Shown one piece after another: positions 37,020 to 46,666 of a stretch of 64,000 nt of DNA (within the stretch, counting starts at the first letter, position 1; every line of letters starts with the position of its first letter). Below the pieces are notes generated by a model that was not told where the DNA came from, did no database searches, and saw only the letters and a program-made list of their open reading frames with translations. The stretch is from Clostridia bacterium (GTDB lineage: Bacteria; Bacillota; Clostridia; UMGS1883; UMGS1540), in the NCBI GenBank assembly GCA_017620205.1, contig JAFZQX010000010.1, positions 5,534 to 69,533 on the forward strand, given 5' to 3'. A program made the position numbers and the translations under genes.

Positions 37020-38852
37020 TTACTTAAGTCCTTCTGAAATTCTTTTTGCGATTTTTTCGGGAGAGAGCCCGTAAAAATCAAAAAGCTCTTTTTGGCTTCC
37101 CGCGGGAATATACGCATCCGGGAAAGAGGCGGAATCAAAATAAGCTTCTATGCCGTTTGCCGTCATGTATGCGCCGAGCTTTTCGCCTATACCGCCGCTT
37201 TTTTCGTTGTCTTCAAGAGTTATTATTCTTTTTGTTTTATTTATACTGTTTTTGACAGTGTCAAAATCCAAAGGATGTGCGCATCTTAAATCAATTACTT
37301 CTGCGCTTATATTCTCTTTTTCCAGAATCTCCGCAGTTTCAAGCGCTTTTGATACCATAGAACCGAGCGCCGCTATTGTTATATCATTGCCTTCTCTTAA
37401 AACGCACGCCTTTAAAGGTTCAAACGGCGCGCCGCAGATGTTTTCCACGGAGCCTTTCGGGTAACGTACGGCTATGGGACCCTTATGCTCCAAAATTGCG
37501 TATCGCATCATTTGGTCAAGCGATGCAAGGTCACAAGGGGCAAGTATTGTCATATTAGGTATTGTAGAAAGATACGAAATATCATAAATTCCCTGGTGCG
37601 TTTCGCCGTCCGCGCCGACAATACCCGCGCGGTCAATTGCGAAAACAACATGGCGGCAGCCGAGTGCAACATCATGCCAAACGCTGTCATAAGCTCTCTG
37701 CAAAAACGATGAGTATATAGCTACAACGGGCGTAAGACCGCTTTCGGCAAGACCTGCCGCAAACGTTACCGCGTGCTCTTCCGCTATGCCTACGTCAAAT
37801 ATTCTGTCTTTATATTTCTTTGCGAATTCACCGAGTCCGCATGAGTCTACCATAGAAGGACAAACGCAGACAATGCTTTTGTCGTTTTCCGCAAGATCGC
37901 ATATTGTTTCGCCAAACTGCTTGGTAAACGATTTTCCGCCGCCTGATGAAGCCGAAACGCCGTGATACAAATGCGGCTCATCTTCCGCTTTTTTATAGCC
38001 TTTGCCCTTTACGGTGCATATGTGTACTATAACGGGGCCGCGCGCTTTTTTTGCTTCTTCCAAAGCCGAGCAAAGCTCTTCTATATTATGCCCGTCAACA
38101 GGCCCCAGATATTTATAACCGAGCTGCTCGAAAACAACTCCGGGAGTTATCATAAATTTAAGATATCCTTTTATTTTGCGGATAACCTTTTTAAGTCCGC
38201 CGCCGAGGAGAGGTATCTTGTCCAAAACCTGTTCGGTTTCTCTTTTGGCGTTATAATACGCCGGTTTTGTGCGGACTCTGTTTAAATATCTCGCAAAAGC
38301 GCCCATGTTTTTGCCGATGGACATTTGATTGTCGTTTAAAACAATAATCAGCTTCTTTTTAGACTGCGATATGTTGTTTATCGCTTCCATAGGCATTCCG
38401 CCTGAAAACGCCGCGTCGCCTATCACAGCTGTAACGTGATAGTTTTCGCGGTTTAGATCTCTTGCGCTTGCAAAGCCGAGTGCAACGGACAGCGAAGTGC
38501 CGCTGTGGCCCGTTTCGAATATGTCATATTCGCTTTCTGCGCGCTTCGGAAAGCCGCTTACGCCGCCGAATGTGCGCAGGGTATCGAATTTGTCGCGCCT
38601 GCCGCATATTATTTTGTGCGTATAGCACTGGTGACCTACGTCCCAAATAATCTTATCGCGCGGCGCATCAAACACCTTGTATAGAGCGCATGTAAGCTCT
38701 ATGACACCGAGGTTTGAGGCGAGATGCCCGCCGGTTTTTAAAACGTTTTCAATTAAAAACTCTCTTATTTCGCCCGAAAGCTGATTAAGAGAGGCAGTGT
38801 CAAGTTTCTTTAAATCTTCGGGGCCCGATATAGACGATAAAATACTTTTCAT
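37020..38852 (-). CDS. dxs: 1-deoxy-D-xylulose-5-phosphate synthase
   Basis: 610 aa. TPP-binding GDAAFSGGMPMEAIN and transketolase-like C-terminal domains. Confidence 0.9.
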   Translation of the reverse strand: MKSILSSISGPEDLKKLDTASLNQLSGEIREFLIENVLKTGGHLASNLGVIELTCALYKVFDAPRDKIIWDVGHQCYTHKIICGRRDKFDTLRTFGGVSGFPKRAESEYDIFETGHSGTSLSVALGFASARDLNRENYHVTAVIGDAAFSGGMPMEAINNISQSKKKLIIVLNDNQMSIGKNMGAFARYLNRVRTKPAYYNAKRETEQVLDKIPLLGGGLKKVIRKIKGYLKFMITPGVVFEQLGYKYLGPVDGHNIEELCSALEEAKKARGPVIVHICTVKGKGYKKAEDEPHLYHGVSASSGGGKSFTKQFGETICDLAENDKSIVCVCPSMVDSCGLGEFAKKYKDRIFDVGIAEEHAVTFAAGLAESGLTPVVAIYSSFLQRAYDSVWHDVALGCRHVVFAIDRAGIVGADGETHQGIYDISYLSTIPNMTILAPCDLASLDQMMRYAILEHKGPIAVRYPKGSVENICGAPFEPLKACVLREGNDITIAALGSMVSKALETAEILEKENISAEVIDLRCAHPLDFDTVKNSINKTKRIITLEDNEKSGGIGEKLGAYMTANGIEAYFDSASFPDAYIPAGSQKELFDFYGLSPEKIAKRISEGLK

Positions 38853-38862
38853 CTGTGAATAC

Positions 38863-39444
38863 CTACCTTTTTCTTCCGAACAAGTAAAAAAGTCTTCCTA
38901 CAAAAAAGACAATTGCGTTGCAGTTTGTAATTGCAAAAGTTTTGCCGACAGCCTTGCCGCCTACGGTTAAGGCGGATATAAGTGCCGCCGCCAGAACGCT
39001 TGTCAGCGCCAAATTAAAAGAATGGGATATTGCAAGGTCGCCCACTATAAGCGTTCCGATACTGCCGCTTATAACGCCGCATATATCGCCTATAACGTCA
39101 TTGCAGACGTTAGCCGTTTTTTCCGAGTGCTTTATAAGCTTTACGGCATATCTCGCGCCGCGTACCCTGTTTGACGCCATGGCGTGCAAGGGGGCGTCGT
39201 GTGCTGCGGTCACGGCAGTTCCAATAATATCAAAAATAATACCTATAAAAATAATAACAAAAAGCAGTATAAAAGCGACGGAGAGCGTAACGTCCTGCAG
39301 GCGCGAAGCGGTTAAAAAGCTTATCGCCGCCGACAGAAAGAACGTTAAAGCAACCGTTATTATAAGCCATGAGGGACTAAATTTTTTATTGCCCGTATGA
39401 GTGCTTTTTACTTTGGGCCTTTTGTATTTCTTTGATTTTTTCAT
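38863..39444 (-). CDS. Small 4-TM membrane protein, DUF21/CNNM-transmembrane-like; candidate OapA (OLE-associated protein A)
   Basis: 193 aa, basic N-terminus, 4 predicted TM helices, and a DUF21-like conserved stretch (AVTAAHDAPLHAMASNRVRGARYAVKLIKHSE). It sits immediately downstream of the long ncRNA and upstream of dxs-tlyA, on the same strand. Confidence 0.45.
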   Translation of the reverse strand: MKKSKKYKRPKVKSTHTGNKKFSPSWLIITVALTFFLSAAISFLTASRLQDVTLSVAFILLFVIIFIGIIFDIIGTAVTAAHDAPLHAMASNRVRGARYAVKLIKHSEKTANVCNDVIGDICGVISGSIGTLIVGDLAISHSFNLALTSVLAAALISALTVGGKAVGKTFAITNCNAIVFFVGRLFYLFGRKR

Positions 39445-39459
39445 TTATATTTCCTTTCG

Positions 39460-40106
39460 GCATAGCCGATTTTAAAAACAATTCTCCGGGGGCAAAGCGA
39501 GGAGTAAATTTTACGGCATAGGTCCGAGTAGGATTTCCCGCAGGCATTCCCGTGCGTCGCCGCTTCGGGAGGTTTCCCATTAAATGCCGCCCGTCAAAGA
39601 CGGAACCGGATTACCACTAAGTCCGCACTGCAATCCTCATCGCCTTTTCGGGAAGTCTCAAAAGAGATTACCCGAAACAGCCTAGGAGATTTCCTCGACA
39701 GTCACACCAATTCTTATCCTCTATTGCAAACATAATTTCAAACAGCAATAACCGCCGCATTGTTGGCCGGCAAATTGGGGTCTGATCTGTTATCCTTCAT
39801 GCCCACTCAAGGAAGGCTACTCTGCAAACAGCACAAATGCGCACCGCTAAACAGGTTTAATCCTAAGTCGTACTTTGTTTTTGTCGTAAAATTCGAGCAA
39901 CTTCGAAAGCACAATCATAGGTCTCCACGGAAAAGGGGACAAGCTCCGCATGCCATTGCGGTTTGCCCCTGAACCTTAACCCCCAGCACAAACCCCCGAC
40001 TGGGCGTCGGAAGCCTGCACCAGGAACTTCATCGATGTGCCCTTTAACGGATTTTTAGGCCCGTCCTGGGAAAAGGCTGAACTGACTAGGATACTGCGCC
40101 ACCCGT
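39460..40106 (-). ncRNA. About 650-nt GC-rich structured non-coding transcript; candidate OLE-like large ncRNA
   Basis: A 920-bp ORF-free interval noticeably GC-richer than the flanking DNA. A near-consensus sigma-A promoter (TTTACA-17-TATAAT, minus strand, -10 at 40114-40119) points into it. It contains stable GC stems and a UUCG-type loop (gccgcttcgggagg). No RNase P P4, tmRNA tRNA-like end or SRP domain IV motif was found. The gene order ncRNA-small TM protein-dxs-tlyA equals the known ole-oapA-dxs-tlyA locus. Confidence 0.45.
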
Positions 40107-40113
40107 CAAGCGT

Positions 40114-40142
40114 ATTATAGCACAAGATAAGCATATTGTAAA
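40114..40142 (-). promoter_or_regulatory. Sigma-A promoter driving the ncRNA/oapA/dxs transcript: TTTACA-17-TATAAT
   Basis: Minus-strand TTTACA at 40137-40142 and TATAAT at 40114-40119. Confidence 0.55.
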
Positions 40143-40206
40143 GTTTTTTGAGAAAAAACGGGGCAATAAGGGATACAACTGTGTAAAAAAAGACAAATTC
40201 CCATCG

Positions 40207-40235
40207 TTGACTTGATTTGTTGAATGTGATAAAAT
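40207..40235 (+). promoter_or_regulatory. Sigma-A promoter for the UbiA-family gene: TTGACT-17-TGaTAAAAT
   Basis: ttgacttgatttgttgaatgtgataaaat, giving a roughly 125-nt 5' UTR. Confidence 0.45.
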
Positions 40236-40366
40236 ATAATTTAAGATAATAGCAAAACGAGACAAAGAGACCGTCATATCATTGAGCAATGCTTAATAAC
40301 CGTCTCATCAGCTGCTTTGTGGCAGAATACTGTTTTTACATACTTAATCACGGAGGATAAGTACAA

Positions 40367-41218
40367 ATGAAGAATTATATCAAAATTGCAAGAGTGCGAC
40401 ATTGGATTAAAAATGCTTTGATTTTTATTCCTGCTTTTTTCAGTAAAGAATTGCTCTCTTTAGATTTAAACAGCATTCTGATTCTTTTGTATGGCTTTTT
40501 TGGTTTCAGTATGCTATCTTCTGCGATTTATACTTTAAATGATATACTTGATGCAGAAAAAGATAAAGTCCATCCCCAAAAGAAGTATAGACCGATCGCA
40601 AGCGGGGCAGTAAGTAAGAGAGAGGCAACAGTTCTTTTTGTTGTGTTGTTTGTGATTTCCATGGTTCTTATTTCTGCAACAAGAAATTTATATTGCATTT
40701 TGATTGCTGTTGTATATCTGTTGCTAAATATATTGTATAGTACATGGTTGAAGCACCAACCGATAATTGAAACTGTTATTATAGTGTTGGGTTTTTTACT
40801 GCGTCTTTTGTTTGGAGCGTGTCTAATGAACGTTCTTATATCAGGCTGGCTGTACCTTACGGTTATGTCGGGCGCTTTTTATATGGCGTTTGGCAAACGC
40901 AGGGGTGAGCTGCAAATGCTTGATGAAGTTGACAGACGCGCTGTTTTATCTCTTTATACATTTGGCTTTTTAGACAAAAATATGTATTGTTTTGCGACTT
41001 TAACAAATGTCTTTTATTCCCTATGGGCTATAAATGAAGGTATTAAGATGTACCCGACAATACCTATAGTATTAATCATATTCTTAAAATACAGCTATAA
41101 TACGGAAAAGAAGTCTTTTGCCGATCCTATTGATGTTTTTTTTAAAGATAAGGTTATAGTTGGTTTCGTGGTTTTATATGTAGTATATTCAATAATAGCG
41201 TTGTATTTTTGGAAGTAG
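40367..41218 (+). CDS. UbiA-family prenyltransferase, decaprenyl-phosphate phosphoribosyltransferase (DPPR synthase)-like
   Basis: RHWIKNALIFIPAFFS N-terminus. NDILDAEKDKVHPQKKYRPIASG (NDxxDxxxD) motif. 8-9 TM helices. Confidence 0.6.
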   Translation: MKNYIKIARVRHWIKNALIFIPAFFSKELLSLDLNSILILLYGFFGFSMLSSAIYTLNDILDAEKDKVHPQKKYRPIASGAVSKREATVLFVVLFVISMVLISATRNLYCILIAVVYLLLNILYSTWLKHQPIIETVIIVLGFLLRLLFGACLMNVLISGWLYLTVMSGAFYMAFGKRRGELQMLDEVDRRAVLSLYTFGFLDKNMYCFATLTNVFYSLWAINEGIKMYPTIPIVLIIFLKYSYNTEKKSFADPIDVFFKDKVIVGFVVLYVVYSIIALYFWK

Positions 41219-41231
41219 GAGGATTTAGTCT

Positions 41232-42863
41232 GTGAAAGAATTGAGCATAAACAACCTGTGCAGAAACTGGTGGTTTTTAATCTCTGCGGTTGCATTTGCT
41301 GTGTCAAGTGTCAGTCACACGTATGCGTTTTATACTTACGGTTATATTTCTATTATTGGAGTTATTCCGTTTGCTGTATTTGTAGGGGCGCGCTATGAAA
41401 ACATATTAAAAAGTGTATTGAAAACCGGAAAATGTTTTTTAATTCTATCGGCTATATCGGCAATTTCATTGAGCATTGAAAATCAACCTACGCTTTTGTT
41501 GTCCGAGCTACGGGATTTTTTAAGCATTATTCAATATAAAACCGGTATATCAACACATGCTGATTTTTTGGCTTTTGTAATTATACCAAAACTGTTATTG
41601 CCTTTAAACGCTGTATTTTACTTTACTGTGTTGACAAAGATATACACTTTTATTGAAAACGTATTAAAAAAGGTGATAAAGCTCTTTACAAAGAAAGATG
41701 TGATTGTAGCATCGTTACTTTGCGCGGCGTTAATAGTTCTTGTTGCTGTTGCATTTTGTAATGCTGATGGCCTTTCGGGGTATTATAAAAACGGAAATTA
41801 TATATATACAGCTGATATAGGCCGTTTGCTTAAAGGTAATTGCTATACTTCAATAAACCATCTGCAAAATGATATTAGGCAGCCTTTGTTTGCGGTTTTA
41901 TCTGCTCCGTTTTTCGCGCCCATTTCGTTTTTAAATCAAGTTTTTCCAATATCAAAAAGGTTGTTTGGTTTTTTGATAGCAGCAATGAATACCATACTCA
42001 TGTCTTTTTCGTTACTCCTGATCGGCGTTTGTACGGCAGAAGAAAAAACACGAAGAGGTATAATTTTCATGCTTTTTGGTATGTACGCAACGCTTTTATT
42101 TGGTATGGTCATAGAACAGTATCAAGTAGTTATGTTCTGGCTTGTGTTATATATGGTTTACTGTACCCATGTAAAGAACGAACAGATTACAAAAGAAGTC
42201 CTATTTATAGCTACAACCGGTACACTTATTACAAACGGTATCGTTTTTCCGTTAATACTTGAGGATAAAAGTATTAAAAAGATACCGGTTTTGTTATTAA
42301 AAACTGCTCTGATGGGAATTGCAGTGCTCTGCTTATTTGGCAGACTGGGCACACTTTTGAGTGGATATAGGAATGTACAAGAGTTGTTACAAGGGTTTGG
42401 CGGAGCTGAGAGCACTTTTGGCACGAGGTTTTACAAGTTTTTGACGTTTGTTTCCAACTGTTTTATAGCGCCTAATTCATATATGGCAAATGGCGGATGG
42501 CGTTTGGGAGAAGCAAAAAAAACTGCTGTAGTATTTGGTGTTACAGTTTTGGCAATATGCGTTATTAGTTTTTTGATCAACAATAAAAAGTTGTGGTCAA
42601 GAATTAGTTTTGGCTGGGTTGTTTACTCTTTTATAATAGTTTGCTTGATTGGTTGGGGCTTTGCAGATAACAGTGGCCCGATCCTTTATATTCTGTATTT
42701 TGGTTGGGCATATTGTGTAATGATTCATTTGTTCATAGACAAAATATTTGAAAAAATCAGATTGAAACGAGTGGGCTTAATCACGGAGTATGTTTTGGCA
42801 GCTGTCATGCTTTTGTTTAACATATCCCAAATCTCAGTAATGATTACTAAACTATCAATCTGA
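41232..42863 (+). CDS. Large polytopic membrane protein, putative GT-C-type glycosyltransferase partner of the DPPR synthase-like gene
   Basis: 543 aa with more than 12 TM helices and no soluble domains. GTG start 9 nt after AGGAGG. Both genes are AT-rich relative to their neighbours. Confidence 0.35.
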   Translation: MKELSINNLCRNWWFLISAVAFAVSSVSHTYAFYTYGYISIIGVIPFAVFVGARYENILKSVLKTGKCFLILSAISAISLSIENQPTLLLSELRDFLSIIQYKTGISTHADFLAFVIIPKLLLPLNAVFYFTVLTKIYTFIENVLKKVIKLFTKKDVIVASLLCAALIVLVAVAFCNADGLSGYYKNGNYIYTADIGRLLKGNCYTSINHLQNDIRQPLFAVLSAPFFAPISFLNQVFPISKRLFGFLIAAMNTILMSFSLLLIGVCTAEEKTRRGIIFMLFGMYATLLFGMVIEQYQVVMFWLVLYMVYCTHVKNEQITKEVLFIATTGTLITNGIVFPLILEDKSIKKIPVLLLKTALMGIAVLCLFGRLGTLLSGYRNVQELLQGFGGAESTFGTRFYKFLTFVSNCFIAPNSYMANGGWRLGEAKKTAVVFGVTVLAICVISFLINNKKLWSRISFGWVVYSFIIVCLIGWGFADNSGPILYILYFGWAYCVMIHLFIDKIFEKIRLKRVGLITEYVLAAVMLLFNISQISVMITKLSI

Positions 42864-42940
42864 CAGCACGAAAGCAGCATAAAAATGTGTATTGGAAGAT
42901 ATTTAGAATAAGTTTAAGATAAAAGAAAAGAGGGTTAATT

Positions 42941-43873
42941 ATGAAACGAAAAGAACTGATGAGTCATATAGGAAGCGTTGAGCAGGTAGGAGGCGTAAGA
43001 GAATTTACGTTTTCTTCGGGCAAAGCGCGCGGTATGCGAGGTATTGAAATTGACACGGGAGACCTTGTTTTTACCGTGCTTCCCGACAGGGCGATGGATA
43101 TCGCAGCGGCAAAATATAAAGGTCAGGCGGTCAGCTGGATTTCAAAAACAGGTTATGTAGCGCCCGAATATTACGACAGGGAAGGCCTTAACTGGCTCCG
43201 TTCTTTCACGGGCGGACTTATCACAACTTGCGGACTCAAAAACCTCGGCACGCCCGTGGGCAGCCACGGTCTGCACGGCAGAATAGCAAATACGCCCGCC
43301 GAAAAAGTATCGGTTGAGGCTTTCTGGGAGGGCGACGAATATATCATGAAGGTTTCGGGCGAGATGCGCGAAGTATCCGTTTTCGGAGAAAATCTCGTAC
43401 TTAAAAGAGAGATAACCGCAAAGCTTTTCTGCGGTGAAATATTGGTTCAGGATACCGTAACAAATGAAGGCTTTAAAGAGGAAGAGACGGCGCTTTGCTA
43501 TCACTGTAATTTCGGCTATCCTTTGGTTTCGGAAAAATCAAAGCTTGTAAACCTGCCGGAAGAGCACGGCAATATTACAGCGCCCGACGGCGCTTTCAAA
43601 GAAGAGTGCATCTGCCTCGACATTCCCGGTGACGAGGTTACGGTCGGCATAGAAAACGAAACTATAGGCGCGTATATTACGTATAAGCGCGACACACTGC
43701 CCGATTTTATGCTCTGGAGAATGCTCGGAAACAGCGAATACGTTGTAGGTCTTGAACCGAGAACAACATACTATAACGGACAGGACATAATAGATAACGA
43801 CGCTTTCGTAAAGCTAAAACCCTTTGAGCAGTTTAAAACATATGTAAAATTCAGCTTTAAAGAGTTGCATTAA
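42941..43873 (+). CDS. DUF4432 (aldose-1-epimerase-like fold) family protein
   Basis: 310 aa. The LHGRIANTPAEKV and CYHCNFGYPL patterns are typical of DUF4432. Confidence 0.5.
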   Translation: MKRKELMSHIGSVEQVGGVREFTFSSGKARGMRGIEIDTGDLVFTVLPDRAMDIAAAKYKGQAVSWISKTGYVAPEYYDREGLNWLRSFTGGLITTCGLKNLGTPVGSHGLHGRIANTPAEKVSVEAFWEGDEYIMKVSGEMREVSVFGENLVLKREITAKLFCGEILVQDTVTNEGFKEEETALCYHCNFGYPLVSEKSKLVNLPEEHGNITAPDGAFKEECICLDIPGDEVTVGIENETIGAYITYKRDTLPDFMLWRMLGNSEYVVGLEPRTTYYNGQDIIDNDAFVKLKPFEQFKTYVKFSFKELH

Positions 43874-43935
43874 TCGGAAAAATCTGTTATAATATTAAGA
43901 TAAGCCATACAAATTAAAAAGGAAGGTTTAAACTT

Positions 43936-46026
43936 ATGATTAACGTGCCGCAGATGTTCGGAGAGCTCGTTTTTAATGACAAGACCATGCAGGAGCGACT
44001 TCCGAAGGAAACATACAAAGCATTGCGCGAAACAATAAAAGACGGAAAAAGGCTCGATTCCACGGTTGCAAACGTTGTTGCAAGCGTTATGAAGGATTGG
44101 GCTATTGAAAACGGCGCAACGCACTTTACGCACTGGTTCCAGCCCATGACGGGCATAACCGCCGAAAAGCATGACAGCTTTATTTCCCCCGAGGGCGACG
44201 GCTCCGTTATAATGGAATTTACGGGCAAGGAGCTTTTAAAGGGTGAGTCGGACGCGTCAAGCTTCCCGTCGGGCGGACTTCGCGCAACGTTTGAAGCTCG
44301 CGGCTATACCGCGTGGGACCCGACGTCTTACGCATTTATAAAAGACGGAACGCTTTGTATTCCTACGGCATTTTGCTCATACAGCGGCGAATCTCTCGAT
44401 AAGAAAACGCCTCTTCTGCGTTCAATGGAGGTTATAAATAAACACGCGCTCCGTATCTTAAAGCTTTTCGGTAATACGGAGGCGACAAGAGTTATCACCA
44501 CCGTCGGAGCAGAGCAGGAATATTTTCTTATAGACGAAAAAATGTATAATCAGAGACGCGACCTTGTGTACTGCGGAAGAACGCTTTTCGGCGCTCCGTC
44601 ACCTAAGGATCAGCAGAAGGATGACCACTATTTCGGAACGCTCAAACCGCGCGTTTCGGAGTTTATGAAGGAACTTGACGAGGAGCTTTGGAAGCTCGGC
44701 GTTTACGCAAAAACGGAGCATAACGAAGTTGCACCCGCACAGCACGAGCTGGCGCCTATATATACAACTACAAACATCGCAACCGACCAGAATCAGCTTA
44801 TGATGGAATATATGAAAACGGTTGCAAACCGTCACGGCATGGCGTGCCTTTTGCATGAAAAACCGTTTGCTATGATAAACGGCAGCGGCAAGCACAACAA
44901 CTGGGCACTCTCGACAAACACGGGAGAAAACCTTTTAAAACCGGGCAAAACGCCTGAGGAAAACGCGCAGTTTTTACTGTTCCTTGTAGCAGTTATAAAA
45001 GCTGTTGACGATTATCAGGATCTTTTGCGCATATCTGTAGCTTCCGCCGGAAACGACCACAGACTCGGCGGTCAGGAAGCTCCGCCCGCTATTATTTCAA
45101 TGTTTCTCGGCGATGAGCTGACAGCGATACTCAGCGCACTCGAACATAACGAGATATATGTTCACCAGGAACGCAGTGAGCTTACGGGCGCAACAGTTTT
45201 GCCGACTATATTTAAAGACACAACGGACAGAAACAGAACTTCGCCCTTTGCTTTTACGGGCAATAAATTTGAGTTCCGCAGCCTCGGCTCAACGTTCTCC
45301 ATAGCAGGTCCCAACATGGTACTAAACACCATAGTTGCCGACGCTTTGGACGAATTTGCAACAAAGCTTGAAAACGCTAAAGACTTTGATAAGGAACTTA
45401 ACTTAATTATCAGAAACACCGTAAAAGAGCATGAGAGAATTCTCTTTGACGGCAATAACTATACCGAAGAATGGGTAAAGGAAGCCAAAAAACGCGGACT
45501 TTTGAATCTTCCCACAACCGTTGACGCTCTGCCGTACATAATAAAAGATAAAAACGTAAACCTCTTTACAAAGCACGGAATACTTACAAAAGAAGAGATG
45601 TTTGCGAGATATGAAATACTTATGGCTGAGTATTCAAAGACCATAAACATAGAAGCGCGCACAATGAGCGACATGGTAAGAAAAGATATTATTCCCGCAA
45701 TAGTGGAATACGAATGTAAGCTTTCCGAAACGGCAGCAAATAAACTTGCTGTTTCAAAAGATTTGACGGTTAATTTTGAAAAGACGGTAATAGCGAAGCT
45801 TTCGGTCATAGTTGATACACTTTATCAAAAGACAGATGAGCTTGAAGCATCGGTAGAAAAGGCTGAAAAAATAGAAAAGAGCGACGAAAGAGCAGTTTAC
45901 TATAAGGACACGGTAATTACTCTTATGAATGAGATACGCACTGCGGCGGATGAAGCTGAGATGCTTGTGGGCAAGAAATACTGGCCGTTCCCGACGTACG
46001 GCGATTTGCTGTTTAGTGTAAGATAA
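43936..46026 (+). CDS. glnA: Glutamine synthetase type III
   Basis: 696 aa, the GSIII length class. N-terminus MINVPQMFGELVFNDKTMQERLPKETYKAL and catalytic-domain motifs. Confidence 0.8.
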   Translation: MINVPQMFGELVFNDKTMQERLPKETYKALRETIKDGKRLDSTVANVVASVMKDWAIENGATHFTHWFQPMTGITAEKHDSFISPEGDGSVIMEFTGKELLKGESDASSFPSGGLRATFEARGYTAWDPTSYAFIKDGTLCIPTAFCSYSGESLDKKTPLLRSMEVINKHALRILKLFGNTEATRVITTVGAEQEYFLIDEKMYNQRRDLVYCGRTLFGAPSPKDQQKDDHYFGTLKPRVSEFMKELDEELWKLGVYAKTEHNEVAPAQHELAPIYTTTNIATDQNQLMMEYMKTVANRHGMACLLHEKPFAMINGSGKHNNWALSTNTGENLLKPGKTPEENAQFLLFLVAVIKAVDDYQDLLRISVASAGNDHRLGGQEAPPAIISMFLGDELTAILSALEHNEIYVHQERSELTGATVLPTIFKDTTDRNRTSPFAFTGNKFEFRSLGSTFSIAGPNMVLNTIVADALDEFATKLENAKDFDKELNLIIRNTVKEHERILFDGNNYTEEWVKEAKKRGLLNLPTTVDALPYIIKDKNVNLFTKHGILTKEEMFARYEILMAEYSKTINIEARTMSDMVRKDIIPAIVEYECKLSETAANKLAVSKDLTVNFEKTVIAKLSVIVDTLYQKTDELEASVEKAEKIEKSDERAVYYKDTVITLMNEIRTAADEAEMLVGKKYWPFPTYGDLLFSVR

Positions 46027-46610
46027 TGAATATAATAACCGAACTTAAAAGCTTTTTTATAAACAGTTTCAGCTCGCCCGTGCAGATTATAGGTTTTATA
46101 GCGCTTATAATAGTTATAATATCGTTTCAGCAGAAAACGAGGAAGGGCATTTTGCTTTTGCAATGCTTTTCAACGGCGCTTTTTACTCTGCATTTTGCTC
46201 TGCTCGGCCCAGCCGGTTATACAGGTTCCGCGCTGAATTTTATATCAGGTGTGCGCTCGGTTGTATACTATAATAAAGACAAAAAATGGGCGAAAAGTAT
46301 TCTTTGGCCGATTGGATTTTTAATAATCTTTACCGCGGTAACCTTTATTATAGCGTATAAAAACAGGGGAGATGTGGCGTGGTACTTTAATCTGTTTCCG
46401 CTTTTCGGCGCGTATGTATATACGATAGCAACGTATATAAACAGCCCGAAGGTTATAAGAAGAACGTTGTGGCTAAGCTCTGTGGCGTGGATAATCTATA
46501 ACATAAACGCGGGCTCTGTGGGCGGTGTTATAACGGAGATTTTTGCGCTTTTATCAAACGCAGTTGCAATAATAAGATTTGATATTTTAGGAAAGAAAGT
46601 GAAAGAATAA
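46026..46610 (+). CDS. YgjV-family inner membrane protein
   Basis: 194 aa, 5-6 TM helices, with an internal duplication typical of YgjV. Confidence 0.45.
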   Translation: MNIITELKSFFINSFSSPVQIIGFIALIIVIISFQQKTRKGILLLQCFSTALFTLHFALLGPAGYTGSALNFISGVRSVVYYNKDKKWAKSILWPIGFLIIFTAVTFIIAYKNRGDVAWYFNLFPLFGAYVYTIATYINSPKVIRRTLWLSSVAWIIYNINAGSVGGVITEIFALLSNAVAIIRFDILGKKVKE

Positions 46611-46616
46611 CATTTA

Positions 46617-46640
46617 AAAACGGCCCCCCGTTTTTGTGCC
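46617..46640 (+). terminator. Small terminator hairpin after the YgjV-like gene
   Basis: aaaacgg-cccc-ccgttttt. Confidence 0.4.
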
Positions 46641-46666
46641 GCATTGACGGCAGAAAGGAGGACTGA

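Noticed and set aside
39760-39972. 70-aa plus-strand ORF and other small ORFs (39386-39580, 40086-40289) inside the non-coding interval
   Set aside because: GC-rich structured RNA regions commonly give short spurious ORFs. There is no RBS, and the sequences are Arg/Pro-rich, typical of out-of-frame GC-rich DNA.
39445-40360. RNase P RNA, tmRNA, SRP RNA, cobalamin riboswitch or T-box leader as the identity of the long non-coding interval
   Set aside because: No GGAAAGUCCGG / ACAGAAnCCGGCUUA P4 halves. No tRNA-like GGUUCGAnUCC...CCA end or alanine-ending tag ORF. No SRP domain IV. Neither a B12 box nor a T-box AGGGUGGNACCGCG was found. The promoter orientation makes it a minus-strand transcript feeding oapA-dxs, not a 5' leader of the plus-strand UbiA-like gene.
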